Source of the DNA: Candidatus Marsarchaeota archaeon
GTDB lineage: Archaea; Micrarchaeota; Micrarchaeia; Micrarchaeales; Micrarchaeaceae
Length of the DNA stretch: 64,000 nt
Assembly: GCA_023485295.1 (NCBI GenBank)
Contig: JAMCZQ010000007.1
Location: forward strand, 26,335-90,334
Reading direction: 5' to 3'
The notes under the pieces: generated by a model
The model's input: the letters and a program-made list of their open reading frames with translations, nothing else
Databases searched by the model: none
What the model was told of the DNA's origin: nothing
Shown: positions 25,559-35,205 of the stretch, one piece after another
Numbering within the stretch: position 1 is the stretch's first letter
Layout of the letters: each line of letters begins with the position of its first letter
Translations under genes and position numbers: made by a program

Positions 25559-25879
25559 GGCCCTGGAGCAAAACTTAAGCACAGCCTTGTTTGTAGCTAC
25601 ATGCTCTATATGCCTTGAAACCTGCTCGCTGCCTTTCCCATTTATTATGTCCCTTATTATGCCGTTATGCAGGCCTTTTGACAGGACATAGCCCTTGATT
25701 GTGCCTATGGACCTGGAATAGCGCCTATGAACGTATTTGTACACTGCTGGCTGGGCTATCCCAAGCGCCGCGGCGATCCTGCTCTGCGGCATGTTGTATT
25801 CGTTGTAAAGCGTTTCTGATACGGCTATCCTTACAGCAGGGACCGAAAGCCTGGCTATTTTTTCGCACAGCATCTCCAT
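25544..25879 (-). CDS. Small HTH transcriptional regulator
   Basis: Internal Met of track ORF 25544..26134 (MEMLCEKIARL...), 4 nt after the stop of the upstream gene. HTH segment NMPQSRIAAALGIAQPAVYKYV. Confidence 0.6.
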   Translation of the reverse strand: MEMLCEKIARLSVPAVRIAVSETLYNEYNMPQSRIAAALGIAQPAVYKYVHRRYSRSIGTIKGYVLSKGLHNGIIRDIINGKGSEQVSRHIEHVATNKAVLKFCSRALAPE

Positions 25880-25883
25880 AAGC

Positions 25884-26432
25884 CTATTCGACCCCAAATA
25901 TGTCCTTGATATTCTTTTTGAGACCTTTCTTTTTGTCCCACATCCTTTCCCCGCTCTCAGGGAAATCCTGCACCTTCTGGGCTTGCCTGCGCACGTTCTT
26001 CCATGGCAATGCGAACATTGCGCCCTTGGGCTGCTGCCTTTCCTGCTTCGTCCTCTGAAGCCTGTCGCGCACCGCTTCAGGCTGCCTTCCGGCTGCAGTG
26101 CCAGCATACGCTGCTTTTGGATTAAACGAGCCATCGCCGATTATTATAACGTTCGCGCCCTCGTTTATTGCAGTGCCTATTTCAGAGTTGCTTGAGCACG
26201 CAACAGCGCTTACGCCATCTATGCGGTTGGCGGCAATAGCAGCCTTTATCGGATTGCTTGTAGCAATCACAGCAACGTCAAAATCCCATTTCCTGCTTTG
26301 CAGCTCGGCTATCATGCTTTCAACGCTCCTGAACTCGTTTTCCGCTATTACTGGAGTATTGCCAGCGCTGCTCACCATGTTCGCGAGCTTTATAGAAAGT
26401 GACTGGTTCTGTGACATTATGTAGAATTTCAC
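25884..26432 (-). CDS. RpiB/LacAB-like domain protein with a long basic C-terminal extension
   Basis: 182 aa. AVIATSNPIKAAIAANRIDGVSAVACSS...ANVIIIGDG resembles the sugar-phosphate isomerase RpiB fold. The catalytic residues are not obviously conserved. Confidence 0.45.
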   Translation of the reverse strand: MKFYIMSQNQSLSIKLANMVSSAGNTPVIAENEFRSVESMIAELQSRKWDFDVAVIATSNPIKAAIAANRIDGVSAVACSSNSEIGTAINEGANVIIIGDGSFNPKAAYAGTAAGRQPEAVRDRLQRTKQERQQPKGAMFALPWKNVRRQAQKVQDFPESGERMWDKKKGLKKNIKDIFGVE

Positions 26433-26550
26433 CGCATGCGCCTCTGGTTTTAGCGATTGTACATTTGCAATATCGCATTTATTATTATATTAATGTTTCG
26501 AATCAATATATTTATTACTTAAAGGTTAATAATTTGTAAAGGTGTTTTAG

Positions 26551-26778
26551 TTGCGAGGAAAAGAAACTCTAGTAATCTGCGAATCATGCGGAAGGAAAAT
26601 ACCAAGAAACAAGGCTGTAGCTTTTGAAAAGGCAATAAGCTTTAGCACTGACATGAAGACTGCAAACGATGTGCGATTCTTTGAAAAGAGAAAAGTGTAC
26701 TATTGCATAAGCTGCGCAAAGCACCGCGGCATTTTCGAGAAGAAAAAGCGCCAGGCTATGAATAATTCAAGGAAATGA
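26551..26778 (+). CDS. rps26e: 30S ribosomal protein S26e
   Basis: 75 aa with TTG start. CESCGRKIPRNKAV ... YYCISCAKH matches the eS26 zinc-ribbon pattern. Confidence 0.7.
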   Translation: MRGKETLVICESCGRKIPRNKAVAFEKAISFSTDMKTANDVRFFEKRKVYYCISCAKHRGIFEKKKRQAMNNSRK

Positions 26779-26783
26779 TATGA

Positions 26784-27986
26784 ATGGTTGTAAATCCTGA
26801 TGATCTGCTGATATTCAAGATGCGACCTAACGTACAGCAAACCATTAGGCAGAAATCCAACCAACAACCAGCAAAGCCTGCAAAACAGATGCAGCAACAA
26901 CAGGCAGTCCAGCCGCAGCAATCATCGCAGCCCCAGTCCAAGCAGGTGCAGCAAGCAACCCCTGCCCAAGCACAGCCTATGCAGGCAAACGCTCCACAGC
27001 CCCAGGCGCAAGCGCCGCAGCCACAGGCTCAGCAGCAAGCTGCCCAGCAGCCTGTGCCGTACAAAGCTCCAGAAGCGAAGCCACAGCCACAGGAGGTAAA
27101 CTTGCCTCCGCCGCCACCGCCACCGCCAGTGACATACAAGCAGAAAGGCAACGTGCCTCCGCCAGAGGCAAGGAAACCGGCATCAAGCTACCTGGCAGGC
27201 AACGAGCCATACGTGTCGGCAGCGCCTGCGATAGAAATGGCAAACCTCGAAGCCAAGCTCGAGGAGGAGGAATCCCATGGCGGCAAAAAGCAGGAGAAGA
27301 ACAGGAAAAGGTATGCGAAGACAAAAGCTGCCAGCAGGAAAGCAGCCCAGGGCCTGCAATGCACATGGCACCCATGGCGCGAAGCCTATGCAATATGCAA
27401 TTATTGCCACAGGCCATTCTGCTTTGAGGACCTTGTCTCGCAGAACGGCTATTTCTACTGCCTTGAGGATATAGACAAGGCAGCTGGCTCCGGTGAAAGT
27501 CAAACAAAGCAGTCTGCAGGCATTAATTATTCTGCAATAAGCATAGTGTCAGGCGTATTTTTCATAGCAACATTCGTAGTATTCCTGGTGTTCGAAAGCA
27601 ACAACCTCATAAATACGTTTAGCTATGCAAATAGCATAGGCATTATAACGTTTTTCAGAAAGATGAACATCGGCACTGCACTGTTCCTGCTCAGCTCACT
27701 GTTTGTATTGCTTGCTTTTATAAGCAGCTTCGTAGTAGTATTGCGCTCACGCGGCTATTACAGCTTGGGGATGCTTTCCGGATTGGCTGTGACCGCCCTG
27801 TTCGGATACAACTACATTGTATCTAGCACGCTCTATTCATTGGTGATAGCGGTTGCCGGATTCGTGTCGATAGTGACACTGGCTGCGGCCCATGCCGGGC
27901 TTTCAAACGAGGAATTCATAGCGCAGAAGATGAAATACAACGAGCCTGCGCCAGAGCTGCAGTTCTCGAACGTCGGCAGATTCTAG
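26784..27986 (+). CDS. Membrane protein with an N-terminal Gln/Pro-rich low-complexity region, a Cys/His zinc-finger-like module and about 4 C-terminal TM segments
   Basis: 400 aa. Q/P tract at about residues 26-116, including PPPPPPPPP. CTWHPWREAYAICNYCHRPFCFEDLVSQNGYFYC. Confidence 0.6.
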   Translation: MVVNPDDLLIFKMRPNVQQTIRQKSNQQPAKPAKQMQQQQAVQPQQSSQPQSKQVQQATPAQAQPMQANAPQPQAQAPQPQAQQQAAQQPVPYKAPEAKPQPQEVNLPPPPPPPPVTYKQKGNVPPPEARKPASSYLAGNEPYVSAAPAIEMANLEAKLEEEESHGGKKQEKNRKRYAKTKAASRKAAQGLQCTWHPWREAYAICNYCHRPFCFEDLVSQNGYFYCLEDIDKAAGSGESQTKQSAGINYSAISIVSGVFFIATFVVFLVFESNNLINTFSYANSIGIITFFRKMNIGTALFLLSSLFVLLAFISSFVVVLRSRGYYSLGMLSGLAVTALFGYNYIVSSTLYSLVIAVAGFVSIVTLAAAHAGLSNEEFIAQKMKYNEPAPELQFSNVGRF

Positions 27987-28966
27987 ACGCTGCGCGAAAG
28001 CATTATAAGGGTGTTGCCAAGGCGCAGTTCCACTGGCATTCTGCTAACGTTTCTCACGTTCGATTTCGATCTCTCGAAGCCAGCAGTTGCCATGACTCCT
28101 GCTGCAACTGCCGACCGGTCAGTCCCTGCCGCTATGCTCTGGAAATTCCGCATCACACTATGCATCAGCCAATCTGCAGTCTCATTCAATGATGCATCTT
28201 TTCTGGAGAGACGCATGTATACGGCCCCACCTGCACCTGTCTGTATGGACTTTGGAAACTTAAAGGCTGCTGCGTTTGCCATGCTGAACGAACTGCCGAT
28301 GTAGCCTGTTTCGTTTTTGCGCGTGTAATATGAATCGTCTACAGGATATGGCGACGTTATGAAGAGCCTGCAGCTGTCCTGATTGCAGTAAGTGGTATAG
28401 ATTCCAAACCCTACATCGCTCCATGTGTTGGTATCGTATGTGAGCCTGGCTAGGACCGAGCTGACAGGTATTGAGTTCTCAGCAGCTATCTTCCTTGCCG
28501 AAGCAATTGAATGCTCCATTTCTGCATATCCGGGCATGTTGCATTTCGGCATTATTATCTCCCTGGCGAGCATTTCTGCTCCGATTTCAACCCTGTGATT
28601 CTGGTGCATGCGCGTGTAGCCGTCCATTCTCAGCAGATGTGCAGCCTCGTGCGCCAGCACCATCTTCTCATCGCTGGAGTCAAGCCTTGTCGAAACAAAG
28701 ATGACAGGCCTGCCGCTGAAATTGACTATATATCCGTCCCCCTTGAGGGGCTCGTGCATCACCCTGAAATCCTTCTCGCCTGACCAAAGCCTCAGCCTTA
28801 GCGTGCCTTCTGGTGCACGGCTGAATGAATCTATCGAATCCTTAGCGTAGCGCATAAGGCCGCTGAATTCGGCAGAATAATCTTCAAGCTTTGCATTAAT
28901 GCTTGATCTCATAAGGACACGCTGATCGATGTGATGCGTGTAATATTTATCCTTTTTGGGAATCAT
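27983..28966 (-). CDS. ImmA/IrrE-family (COG2856-like) zinc metallopeptidase with an unknown C-terminal domain
   Basis: 327 aa. LAHEAAHLL ... EIGAEMLAREIIMP. Confidence 0.55.
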   Translation of the reverse strand: MIPKKDKYYTHHIDQRVLMRSSINAKLEDYSAEFSGLMRYAKDSIDSFSRAPEGTLRLRLWSGEKDFRVMHEPLKGDGYIVNFSGRPVIFVSTRLDSSDEKMVLAHEAAHLLRMDGYTRMHQNHRVEIGAEMLAREIIMPKCNMPGYAEMEHSIASARKIAAENSIPVSSVLARLTYDTNTWSDVGFGIYTTYCNQDSCRLFITSPYPVDDSYYTRKNETGYIGSSFSMANAAAFKFPKSIQTGAGGAVYMRLSRKDASLNETADWLMHSVMRNFQSIAAGTDRSAVAAGVMATAGFERSKSNVRNVSRMPVELRLGNTLIMLSRSV

Positions 28967-29562
28967 GCAGTTTCCAGGCTCCTGTTCTGGTACCTGCCGC
29001 GCATCTCTATATTGCGGAGCCTTGAGAATACATTTCTAGAAAAGGCGCAATTTGCTGAATATGCTCTTGCAAACGATGCATAGGCTTTGCTGCTGATTGA
29101 GCGCTTTATCAGGAGCATGTCAAAAGCCCTGTCCTCATCAGCTTCGGAAAAATACGAAAGGCCGAAGTCTATGATGCAGACGCCTGCCTTGCCGACCATT
29201 ATATTGGCAGTAGTAAAATCGCCATGGATTATTCCGTTATTGTGCAGGCCCGCAAGCGATGCTCCTGCAAGCGCCGCGGCCTTTGCATCGAGCCCGCCAA
29301 GTTCCGAGGCGGCTATGCCGTCGACCTTCTCCATCACAATAAAATATTTGCCAAGTAGCAGCAGCCTGGGCACATCTACTGCAGAAGCTGCCTTGTGCAT
29401 CGCCCTGGCCTCCATCCTGGTGCGGGATTCCCTAAGCTGCCTGTCAAGCTCAGGTATGAGGTATGGCTTCTCCCTGCGGTACTTTACCACTGCCTCAATG
29501 CCCATAAAATCCGTAAGATAAATGTCGGACTCTGCCCCCTCTGCAATCTTTTTCATAGCCAT
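28963..29562 (-). CDS. bud32: Kae1-associated kinase Bud32
   Basis: 199 aa. GAESDIY, IIHGDFTTANIMV, IIDFGLS. Overlaps kae1 by 10 nt. Confidence 0.9.
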   Translation of the reverse strand: MAMKKIAEGAESDIYLTDFMGIEAVVKYRREKPYLIPELDRQLRESRTRMEARAMHKAASAVDVPRLLLLGKYFIVMEKVDGIAASELGGLDAKAAALAGASLAGLHNNGIIHGDFTTANIMVGKAGVCIIDFGLSYFSEADEDRAFDMLLIKRSISSKAYASFARAYSANCAFSRNVFSRLRNIEMRGRYQNRSLETA

Positions 29563-30533
29563 AGCAGATCAACCTTGTCGGCCCTGTATTTCTGGTCTAT
29601 GCCTAAAGGGTATGCGCCCTCGCATTTTCCGCTTTTATGCATGCCTTCCGCAACATACGCTATCATTGCGCCATTGTCTGCGTTAAATTCGTTAGGCGCA
29701 ACAAAGAAGCTGCACCTGTGCGATTTTGCCATAGCCTTCAATATGCCTTGCAGCCTGCTGCTTTGCGCCACGCCGCCGCAAAGGATCACGCCCTTGCTGT
29801 GCGTCAGGAGCAGAGCCCTCTCCGCAGCCTCTGCAATCATGCTGAACGCAGTTTCCTGCAGCGAAAACGCAACGTCTTTCGCTTCGTGCGAGCCAAGGCT
29901 TTTCTCTGCATTTGTAAGAAGTCCTGTGAATGTGAAGTCCATGCCCTTTACTGTATAGGGCATTTGGAAGTAGCTGCCTCCGAGCGCAACATTCGCCACT
30001 GTAGAGCCCCATGCTGGCTTCAGACCTGCTGCCCTTGCAAATGCGTCGAGCATGTTGCCAACGCCTATGTCAAGGGTCTCGCCGTATACATGGTACCGCC
30101 TCTTTGGCTTTTCAACAATCTTAACTATCTGGGAATTGCCGCCGCTCACGTATACTGCAAGCGGGTTATCCATGCCTGAAAGGTGTGTAGTTATCTGTAT
30201 GTGCGCTATTGCATGGTTCACAGGGTATATCGGCAGGTTATGCCTTCTGGCAAACGCGAGTGCGGCAAGCTCGCCAACCCTTAGGCACGTGCCTATGCCA
30301 GGGCCTCTGGTGTAGCCGACAGCCTCTATGCTGCTTATGCCTATGCCCGCTTCTGCAATTGCTGCTTCTATTACGCGCTTCGCATTCCTGAAATGGTGTT
30401 CGGCTACCTTGGAGGGCACCATGCCCTTGTCAGATATCCTGTACATCTCCTTGGCATTTGCTATGATCCTGCCGTTCTCTGATAGCCCGACCCCGAACGT
30501 ATGCGCGCTGCTTTCGATGCCAAGCACTGCCAT
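29553..30533 (-). CDS. kae1: tRNA N6-adenosine threonylcarbamoyltransferase Kae1
   Basis: 326 aa. VLGIESSAHTFGVG, ASKHA fold, YVSGGNSQ. Confidence 0.9.
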   Translation of the reverse strand: MAVLGIESSAHTFGVGLSENGRIIANAKEMYRISDKGMVPSKVAEHHFRNAKRVIEAAIAEAGIGISSIEAVGYTRGPGIGTCLRVGELAALAFARRHNLPIYPVNHAIAHIQITTHLSGMDNPLAVYVSGGNSQIVKIVEKPKRRYHVYGETLDIGVGNMLDAFARAAGLKPAWGSTVANVALGGSYFQMPYTVKGMDFTFTGLLTNAEKSLGSHEAKDVAFSLQETAFSMIAEAAERALLLTHSKGVILCGGVAQSSRLQGILKAMAKSHRCSFFVAPNEFNADNGAMIAYVAEGMHKSGKCEGAYPLGIDQKYRADKVDLLWL

Positions 30534-30603
30534 TGAATCAATTAGTTTTGCCCTATAAATAATAAATTGCTATGCTGACACAATGCAGACCAGGCATGCA
30601 CTA

Positions 30604-30909
30604 CTATGCCACGTCTATGTTAGTATCCTTGTAGCCCATGCCAACTAGTATGCGCTTGATCTTTGTCTTGTGGTCGCCCTGCAACTCTATTAGGCTGTCC
30701 TTGGTGGTGCCTCCGCATGCAAGCGCACGCTTAAGGCCCTTGGTAGTATTGTCAAGCTCTGAAAGGTTTACACCTTCAACTACTGTGACTATCTTGTCGA
30801 ACTTCGCCTTCTTTGTATAAACCTTTATCCTGCTTTCAACTTCCTTATTCAAAACATCGCAAACGCACAACTCTTTAGGTAAACCGCACTTAGGACATAT
30901 GTCTGTCAT
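30604..30909 (-). CDS. sui1: Translation initiation factor aSUI1 (aIF1)
   Basis: 101 aa. CPKCGLPKELCVC plus the SUI1 core LKRALACGGT...IELQGDH. Confidence 0.9.
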   Translation of the reverse strand: MTDICPKCGLPKELCVCDVLNKEVESRIKVYTKKAKFDKIVTVVEGVNLSELDNTTKGLKRALACGGTTKDSLIELQGDHKTKIKRILVGMGYKDTNIDVA

Positions 30910-31115
30910 TTTTTATTTGCACCTCTCTCTGTAAGCACTGTATTTATTCTTGCTATCGCCCTTTTTATTTCCTTTATCTTTACTACTTTGCTAGACACTC
31001 CTGTTGCGGCAACCTTCCTGCGCTCTATAGCTAGCTCTAGGTTAAGGTCGTCTATTTTCGCTCTGAGGGCTGCGTCCTGCATCGCCCTTATGTCTTTTAT
31101 TTTTATAACAAGCAC
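30906..31115 (-). CDS. rpl29: 50S ribosomal protein L29 (uL29)
   Basis: 69 aa. LRAKIDDLNLELAIERRK...IKRAIARINTVLTE. Confidence 0.8.
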   Translation of the reverse strand: MLVIKIKDIRAMQDAALRAKIDDLNLELAIERRKVAATGVSSKVVKIKEIKRAIARINTVLTERGANKK

Positions 31116-31197
31116 CTCTAAACATTCAAATTATGGCTGTTAAAATATTAAAACCTTTCTAAGGCCGCAGTTCCCTGCCTTCCGGGCATCAGCGCCA

Positions 31198-32016
31198 TCA
31201 CATCTTCACAGTGGCGTTGTCTGTCGAGTTCTTGCATGTGCATGATGTGCGCTCCTTCGGCGTATCGTTTATTATGTCAGCCACCACCTTCTTCACCTTT
31301 TCGATGCTTGCTGCGAACCTGCTGTTCACCTCGTCAAGCGTCACAGGCTTCACATGCTCGTCGGCTTCAAGCCCTGCATCATAGTCCGTAACAACCGCTG
31401 CACAAAGATAGCACATGTCCATCTCCCGCGCAAGCGTTATCTCCGGATATTGGGTCATGTTTACTATGTCAGCCCCGTTGTTCCTGAAAAACCTGGATTC
31501 TGCAAGCGTAGAAAACCTGGGCCCGTTTATCGCGATTATTGTAGCGTTTTCATGATACTTTATATTGTCGTAGTCCGCCGCCTTTACCGCAATCCTGTGC
31601 AATTCCGGGCAGTATGGAAAAGCAGTGCTTATGTGGGTTACTGGCCCTTTGTCGAAAAAGGTGTCAGCCCTGCCGCTTGTCATGTTCATGAATTGGTCCG
31701 GAAAGGCAAAGTCGCCAGGCACAAAATCCATGCGCAACGAGCCCACGGCAGAAGTCGCTATGACCCTTTCGACACCAAGCGACTTCAGGGCTGCTATGTT
31801 CGCCCTGTAATTTATCGCATGCGGCGCTATAGTGTGCTTTTTCCCGTGCCTTGGCAGGAACGCCACGCTTCTTCCGTTTATCGTCCCTATGGATATGCTG
31901 TCGCTTGGCTGCCCGTACTCCGTATCTATGGCGAGCTCCGTGGCATTGTCAAGCAGCGTATACAGTCCAGAGCCGCCTATGATCCCGAATTCTGCTGATG
32001 CCTGCTGTTCAGCCAT
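31198..32016 (-). CDS. mtnP: S-methyl-5'-thioadenosine phosphorylase
   Basis: 272 aa. FGIIGGSGLY, FLPRHGKKH, INYRANIAALKSLGV. Confidence 0.9.
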   Translation of the reverse strand: MAEQQASAEFGIIGGSGLYTLLDNATELAIDTEYGQPSDSISIGTINGRSVAFLPRHGKKHTIAPHAINYRANIAALKSLGVERVIATSAVGSLRMDFVPGDFAFPDQFMNMTSGRADTFFDKGPVTHISTAFPYCPELHRIAVKAADYDNIKYHENATIIAINGPRFSTLAESRFFRNNGADIVNMTQYPEITLAREMDMCYLCAAVVTDYDAGLEADEHVKPVTLDEVNSRFAASIEKVKKVVADIINDTPKERTSCTCKNSTDNATVKM

Positions 32017-32028
32017 GCCAATGCCCTC

Positions 32029-33294
32029 TCAGTACCAGCCCCTTGCCTTCATCGCAGCAGCAACCCTGCCAACCGCTATTATGTAAGCTGCAGTCCTTGG
32101 CGTGATCTTCTTACCTGCATCGTCATACTTCTTCTTTGTTGCCATCATGTCGGCATACGACTTCGTTATTATCTTGTCGAGCTTTCCGTACACTTCTTCA
32201 GCGCTCCAGTAATAGCCGCCTATGTTCTGCACCCATTCGAAGTACGAGCCTATCACTCCGCCGGAATTCACCAGGAAGTCAGGCACATCGAATATGCCCC
32301 GGTCATGCAGTATCGCATCGGCTTCAGGGGTTACCGGCCCGTTTGCAAGCTCCAGTACTAACTTTGCCTTTATCTTGTCTGCATTGGAGCCAGTTATCTG
32401 GTTCTCTATGGCTGCAGGTATGAGTATGTCGACGTCGCTTTCGAGCAGCTGTTCGTTCGTCATTTTTTCGCCGCCTTCGTAGCCGTCAACGCTTCCTGTT
32501 TCCGCCTTTGCCTTTTCAAGCTTCTCAAGGTCAAGCCCGTTCGGGTCGTATACTGCGCCGTTCGAATCGCTTATTGCTACTACCTTTGAGCCGTAGAGCT
32601 TCTTTGAAAGCGTATAAGCGTATTTGCCCGCATTTCCGAATCCCTGCACTGCAATCTTTGCATTCTTAAGGTCTATGCCAAGCGCCTTTGCGGCTTCGCG
32701 CATTACAAAGAGGCCGCCCATTGCAGTGGAATCGTTCCTTCCTTCAGAGCCCCATGTCTCAAGCGGCTTGCCTGTTATGACCCCAAAGGAATTGTGCCTC
32801 ACTATGTTGCTATATTCGTCCATCATCCAAGCCATTATCTGCGGCGTTGTATATACGTCTGGCGCAGGTATGTCGACATCAGGGCCTATGTACTTGCCCA
32901 GCGCGCGTATGTAGCCCCTTGAAAGCGCCTCAAGCTCCTGCTCGTTCATGCTCTTGGTATCGCATATTATGCCGCCCTTTGCTCCGCCAAACGGCACATT
33001 CGCAAGCGCAACCTTCCATGTCATCCATGCTGACAGCGCCTTCACTGTGTCAAGGCTTTCCTTCGGGTGGAACCTGATGCCGCCTTTCGTAGGGCCTCTT
33101 GCATCGTTGTACTGAACCCTGAAGCCCTGGAAAACGTGGACCTTGCCATCGCTCATCCTTACCGGTATGTTTACAACAAGCGTTCGCATAGGCTCGCGCA
33201 ATATCTGGTGCGCCTGCTCATCCAATCCCATTACTTCAGCAGCTTTGTCGAGCTGCTCCTGTGCTATCTTGAAAGGATTCAATTCTTCCGCCAT
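32029..33294 (-). CDS. gdhA: Glutamate dehydrogenase
   Basis: Likely start MAEELNPF (the track ORF extends to 33339). [24 protein letters not shown]. Confidence 0.9.
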   Translation of the reverse strand: MAEELNPFKIAQEQLDKAAEVMGLDEQAHQILREPMRTLVVNIPVRMSDGKVHVFQGFRVQYNDARGPTKGGIRFHPKESLDTVKALSAWMTWKVALANVPFGGAKGGIICDTKSMNEQELEALSRGYIRALGKYIGPDVDIPAPDVYTTPQIMAWMMDEYSNIVRHNSFGVITGKPLETWGSEGRNDSTAMGGLFVMREAAKALGIDLKNAKIAVQGFGNAGKYAYTLSKKLYGSKVVAISDSNGAVYDPNGLDLEKLEKAKAETGSVDGYEGGEKMTNEQLLESDVDILIPAAIENQITGSNADKIKAKLVLELANGPVTPEADAILHDRGIFDVPDFLVNSGGVIGSYFEWVQNIGGYYWSAEEVYGKLDKIITKSYADMMATKKKYDDAGKKITPRTAAYIIAVGRVAAAMKARGWY

Positions 33295-33542
33295 TTTACC
33301 ACTTTCTATTTTATAAACTAAACATAAATTAATCATCAATCAGTGCAGTGCGGCGCAAACGCACGCACATAAAATTGCATAATAGTTTATCATTAACAAA
33401 ACTATTTAAGCTTGCACAATGTTTGTCATGTTTTCTTGGTAAAAACGTGCGCAGTGGCAGTTGTAATATGCCAGCAATTCAATCAGGCAAATGCATAACG
33501 TCAATCTAAATGCGAATTCCGCTAACAAAGATTTACCAAAGC

Positions 33543-33550
33543 TTTAAATA
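33543..33550 (+). promoter_or_regulatory. TATA box TTTAAATA with purine-rich BRE-like AAAGC, 44 nt upstream of the pilin ATG
   Basis: Consensus archaeal TATA box, with a GGTG Shine-Dalgarno-like motif 8 nt upstream of the ATG at 33594. Confidence 0.45.
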
Positions 33551-33593
33551 TCTTATTCAAGTATGTATAAAATAGCACTTAAGGTGTTATTGC

Positions 33594-34112
33594 ATGGGAA
33601 TAAGAAACAAAAAAGCGCAAAGCGCTATGGAATACCTAATGACCTACGGGTGGGCAATACTGATTATTGCAATAGTGCTGGCGGCACTGTTCTCACTGGG
33701 AATCTTCAGCAGCAGCTCCTTCACAGGAACGACTTGCATAGCAAGCTCTGGATTCTTGTGCAGCTCTCCGGTTTGGACTAGCGGAACATTGCATGTAACA
33801 CTAGGACAGAGCACAGGTACATCATGGTCTAACGTGACGTTCTTCTTTGTGCCTACAGGAACGGCAGATCCGACAACCGCAGGTCAGGTAACAACAGCTA
33901 ACTATGTTATAGCTACTCTGGCCGGCATAACTTCAAATGACTTATCAAGCGGGCAGTCAGCAGCTGCAACATTTAACCTGAATGGAACGCCAATATATTA
34001 CTCGACAGCACCTGGAACATCAGCAACTGGAGCTATTTGGGTAAAGTATAATGTGCCGAGTGCTACAGCATTACTCTCGCAGATAGCAACTACGACTCTG
34101 AAGGAAAGCTGA
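33594..34112 (+). CDS. Archaeal type IV pilin-like protein (class III signal peptide)
   Basis: 172 aa. KKAQSAMEYLMTYGWAILIIAIVLAALF is the classic prepilin-peptidase (PibD/EppA) substrate N-terminus. Confidence 0.75.
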   Translation: MGIRNKKAQSAMEYLMTYGWAILIIAIVLAALFSLGIFSSSSFTGTTCIASSGFLCSSPVWTSGTLHVTLGQSTGTSWSNVTFFFVPTGTADPTTAGQVTTANYVIATLAGITSNDLSSGQSAAATFNLNGTPIYYSTAPGTSATGAIWVKYNVPSATALLSQIATTTLKES

Positions 34113-34121
34113 TCAGTTCAG

Positions 34122-34160
34122 CTTTTCTTTCTTTTCTTTTTCTTTTTAATTTGATTTTTT
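34122..34160 (+). terminator. Oligo-T tracts downstream of the pilin gene
   Basis: CTTTTCTTTCTTTTCTTTTTCTTTTTAATTTGATTTTTT starts 10 nt after the stop. Archaeal termination typically occurs at T-runs. Confidence 0.5.
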
Positions 34161-34215
34161 AGTATAGCGGCAGCTATCTTTTATTTTTGCTTGCTATGCG
34201 AAAAAGAGGAAATGA

Positions 34216-35157
34216 TTATTGCTTTCCTTGTCTCAGCTCAACAAGCTCCTTTTTCATTGACAGCACCTGCATGAGCTCGTTGGCGCTCAGGAGGGGCTTT
34301 CTCAGCCTGTCAGTATCATCTATAGCTATGCGCGGACATGCAGTGTTTACGAACGCATCAAACTCCATCATGTTGTTTATGGACTCGAAGTCGAACGTGT
34401 TCGATACAAGGATTGCGGATTTAATCCCTTCGGATTCTATTTTCTTTTTGAGTATCTCTGCAAGCTTGAGATTATGCTGGCCGTTCTTTGTGCTGACCAG
34501 TATGCCTATCGACTTTGCATCCAAAGAGGCCAGAATCTTGCCCTTGCTCCTTTTTTGGTAGGTTTCCCTGAGGCTGTCTATGAATTCTATTTTGTTGTCG
34601 AACGGCTCTATTGCAAGGAAAGGCTTTTTCGTGTTGAGAAGCGCCCCCAATGGATGGAATATGCCTCCGCCGAAATACACATGCGCGTCAACCTTGGAAT
34701 CTATTGAAGCAGCGCTTCCTATGTCGCAGCCGAGTATCTGCCCAGGGCTCTTTGCAAAGCCGTACGGCCTCCCTATCAATACGGTTTTGCCATTCTTCTC
34801 GTAGAACGACTTTATGCTGTCAAGCTGGCGCAGGTGCTGCACAGTTGTGACGAGCCCTATGGTGCCGTAATCCTTCAAGTATTCCAGGGATTTTGGTAGC
34901 AGATCCAAAGGGGCATCTATCTCGTATGGGATATATTCAACGTTGAAGTCGACCTTGCTGAATTCAGCATGCCCGAAGTGCACAAGCTTGTCTGCCTTCA
35001 GGCTTCTTGCTTCGTCTAAAGCAAGATCGCACGCCCCGAAATTCGGGGATGCAGATACAAATACCTCATTGCCTTCGCCTTCAAGCTTTGATGCATATTC
35101 CAGCGCCTTTGCCTTAAGGCCCTCCGGAAATTGCAGAAGTATCTTCATAGAATGCAC
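34216..35157 (-). CDS. dph2: 2-(3-amino-3-carboxypropyl)histidine synthase (diphthamide synthesis Dph2)
   Basis: 313 aa. LLQFPEGLK, FGACDLALDEA, HFGHA. Confidence 0.85.
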   Translation of the reverse strand: MHSMKILLQFPEGLKAKALEYASKLEGEGNEVFVSASPNFGACDLALDEARSLKADKLVHFGHAEFSKVDFNVEYIPYEIDAPLDLLPKSLEYLKDYGTIGLVTTVQHLRQLDSIKSFYEKNGKTVLIGRPYGFAKSPGQILGCDIGSAASIDSKVDAHVYFGGGIFHPLGALLNTKKPFLAIEPFDNKIEFIDSLRETYQKRSKGKILASLDAKSIGILVSTKNGQHNLKLAEILKKKIESEGIKSAILVSNTFDFESINNMMEFDAFVNTACPRIAIDDTDRLRKPLLSANELMQVLSMKKELVELRQGKQ

Positions 35158-35205
35158 TCATTGCTAATTAGGACAAGTAATATTTATCCCTTTGGAAGAA
35201 GGGAT

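Noticed and set aside
25880-26134. N-terminal 85-aa Arg/Cys-rich extension of ORF 25544..26134
   Set aside because: It overlaps the 3' half of the RpiB-like gene in another frame. An internal Met 4 nt after that gene's stop gives a compact HTH protein.
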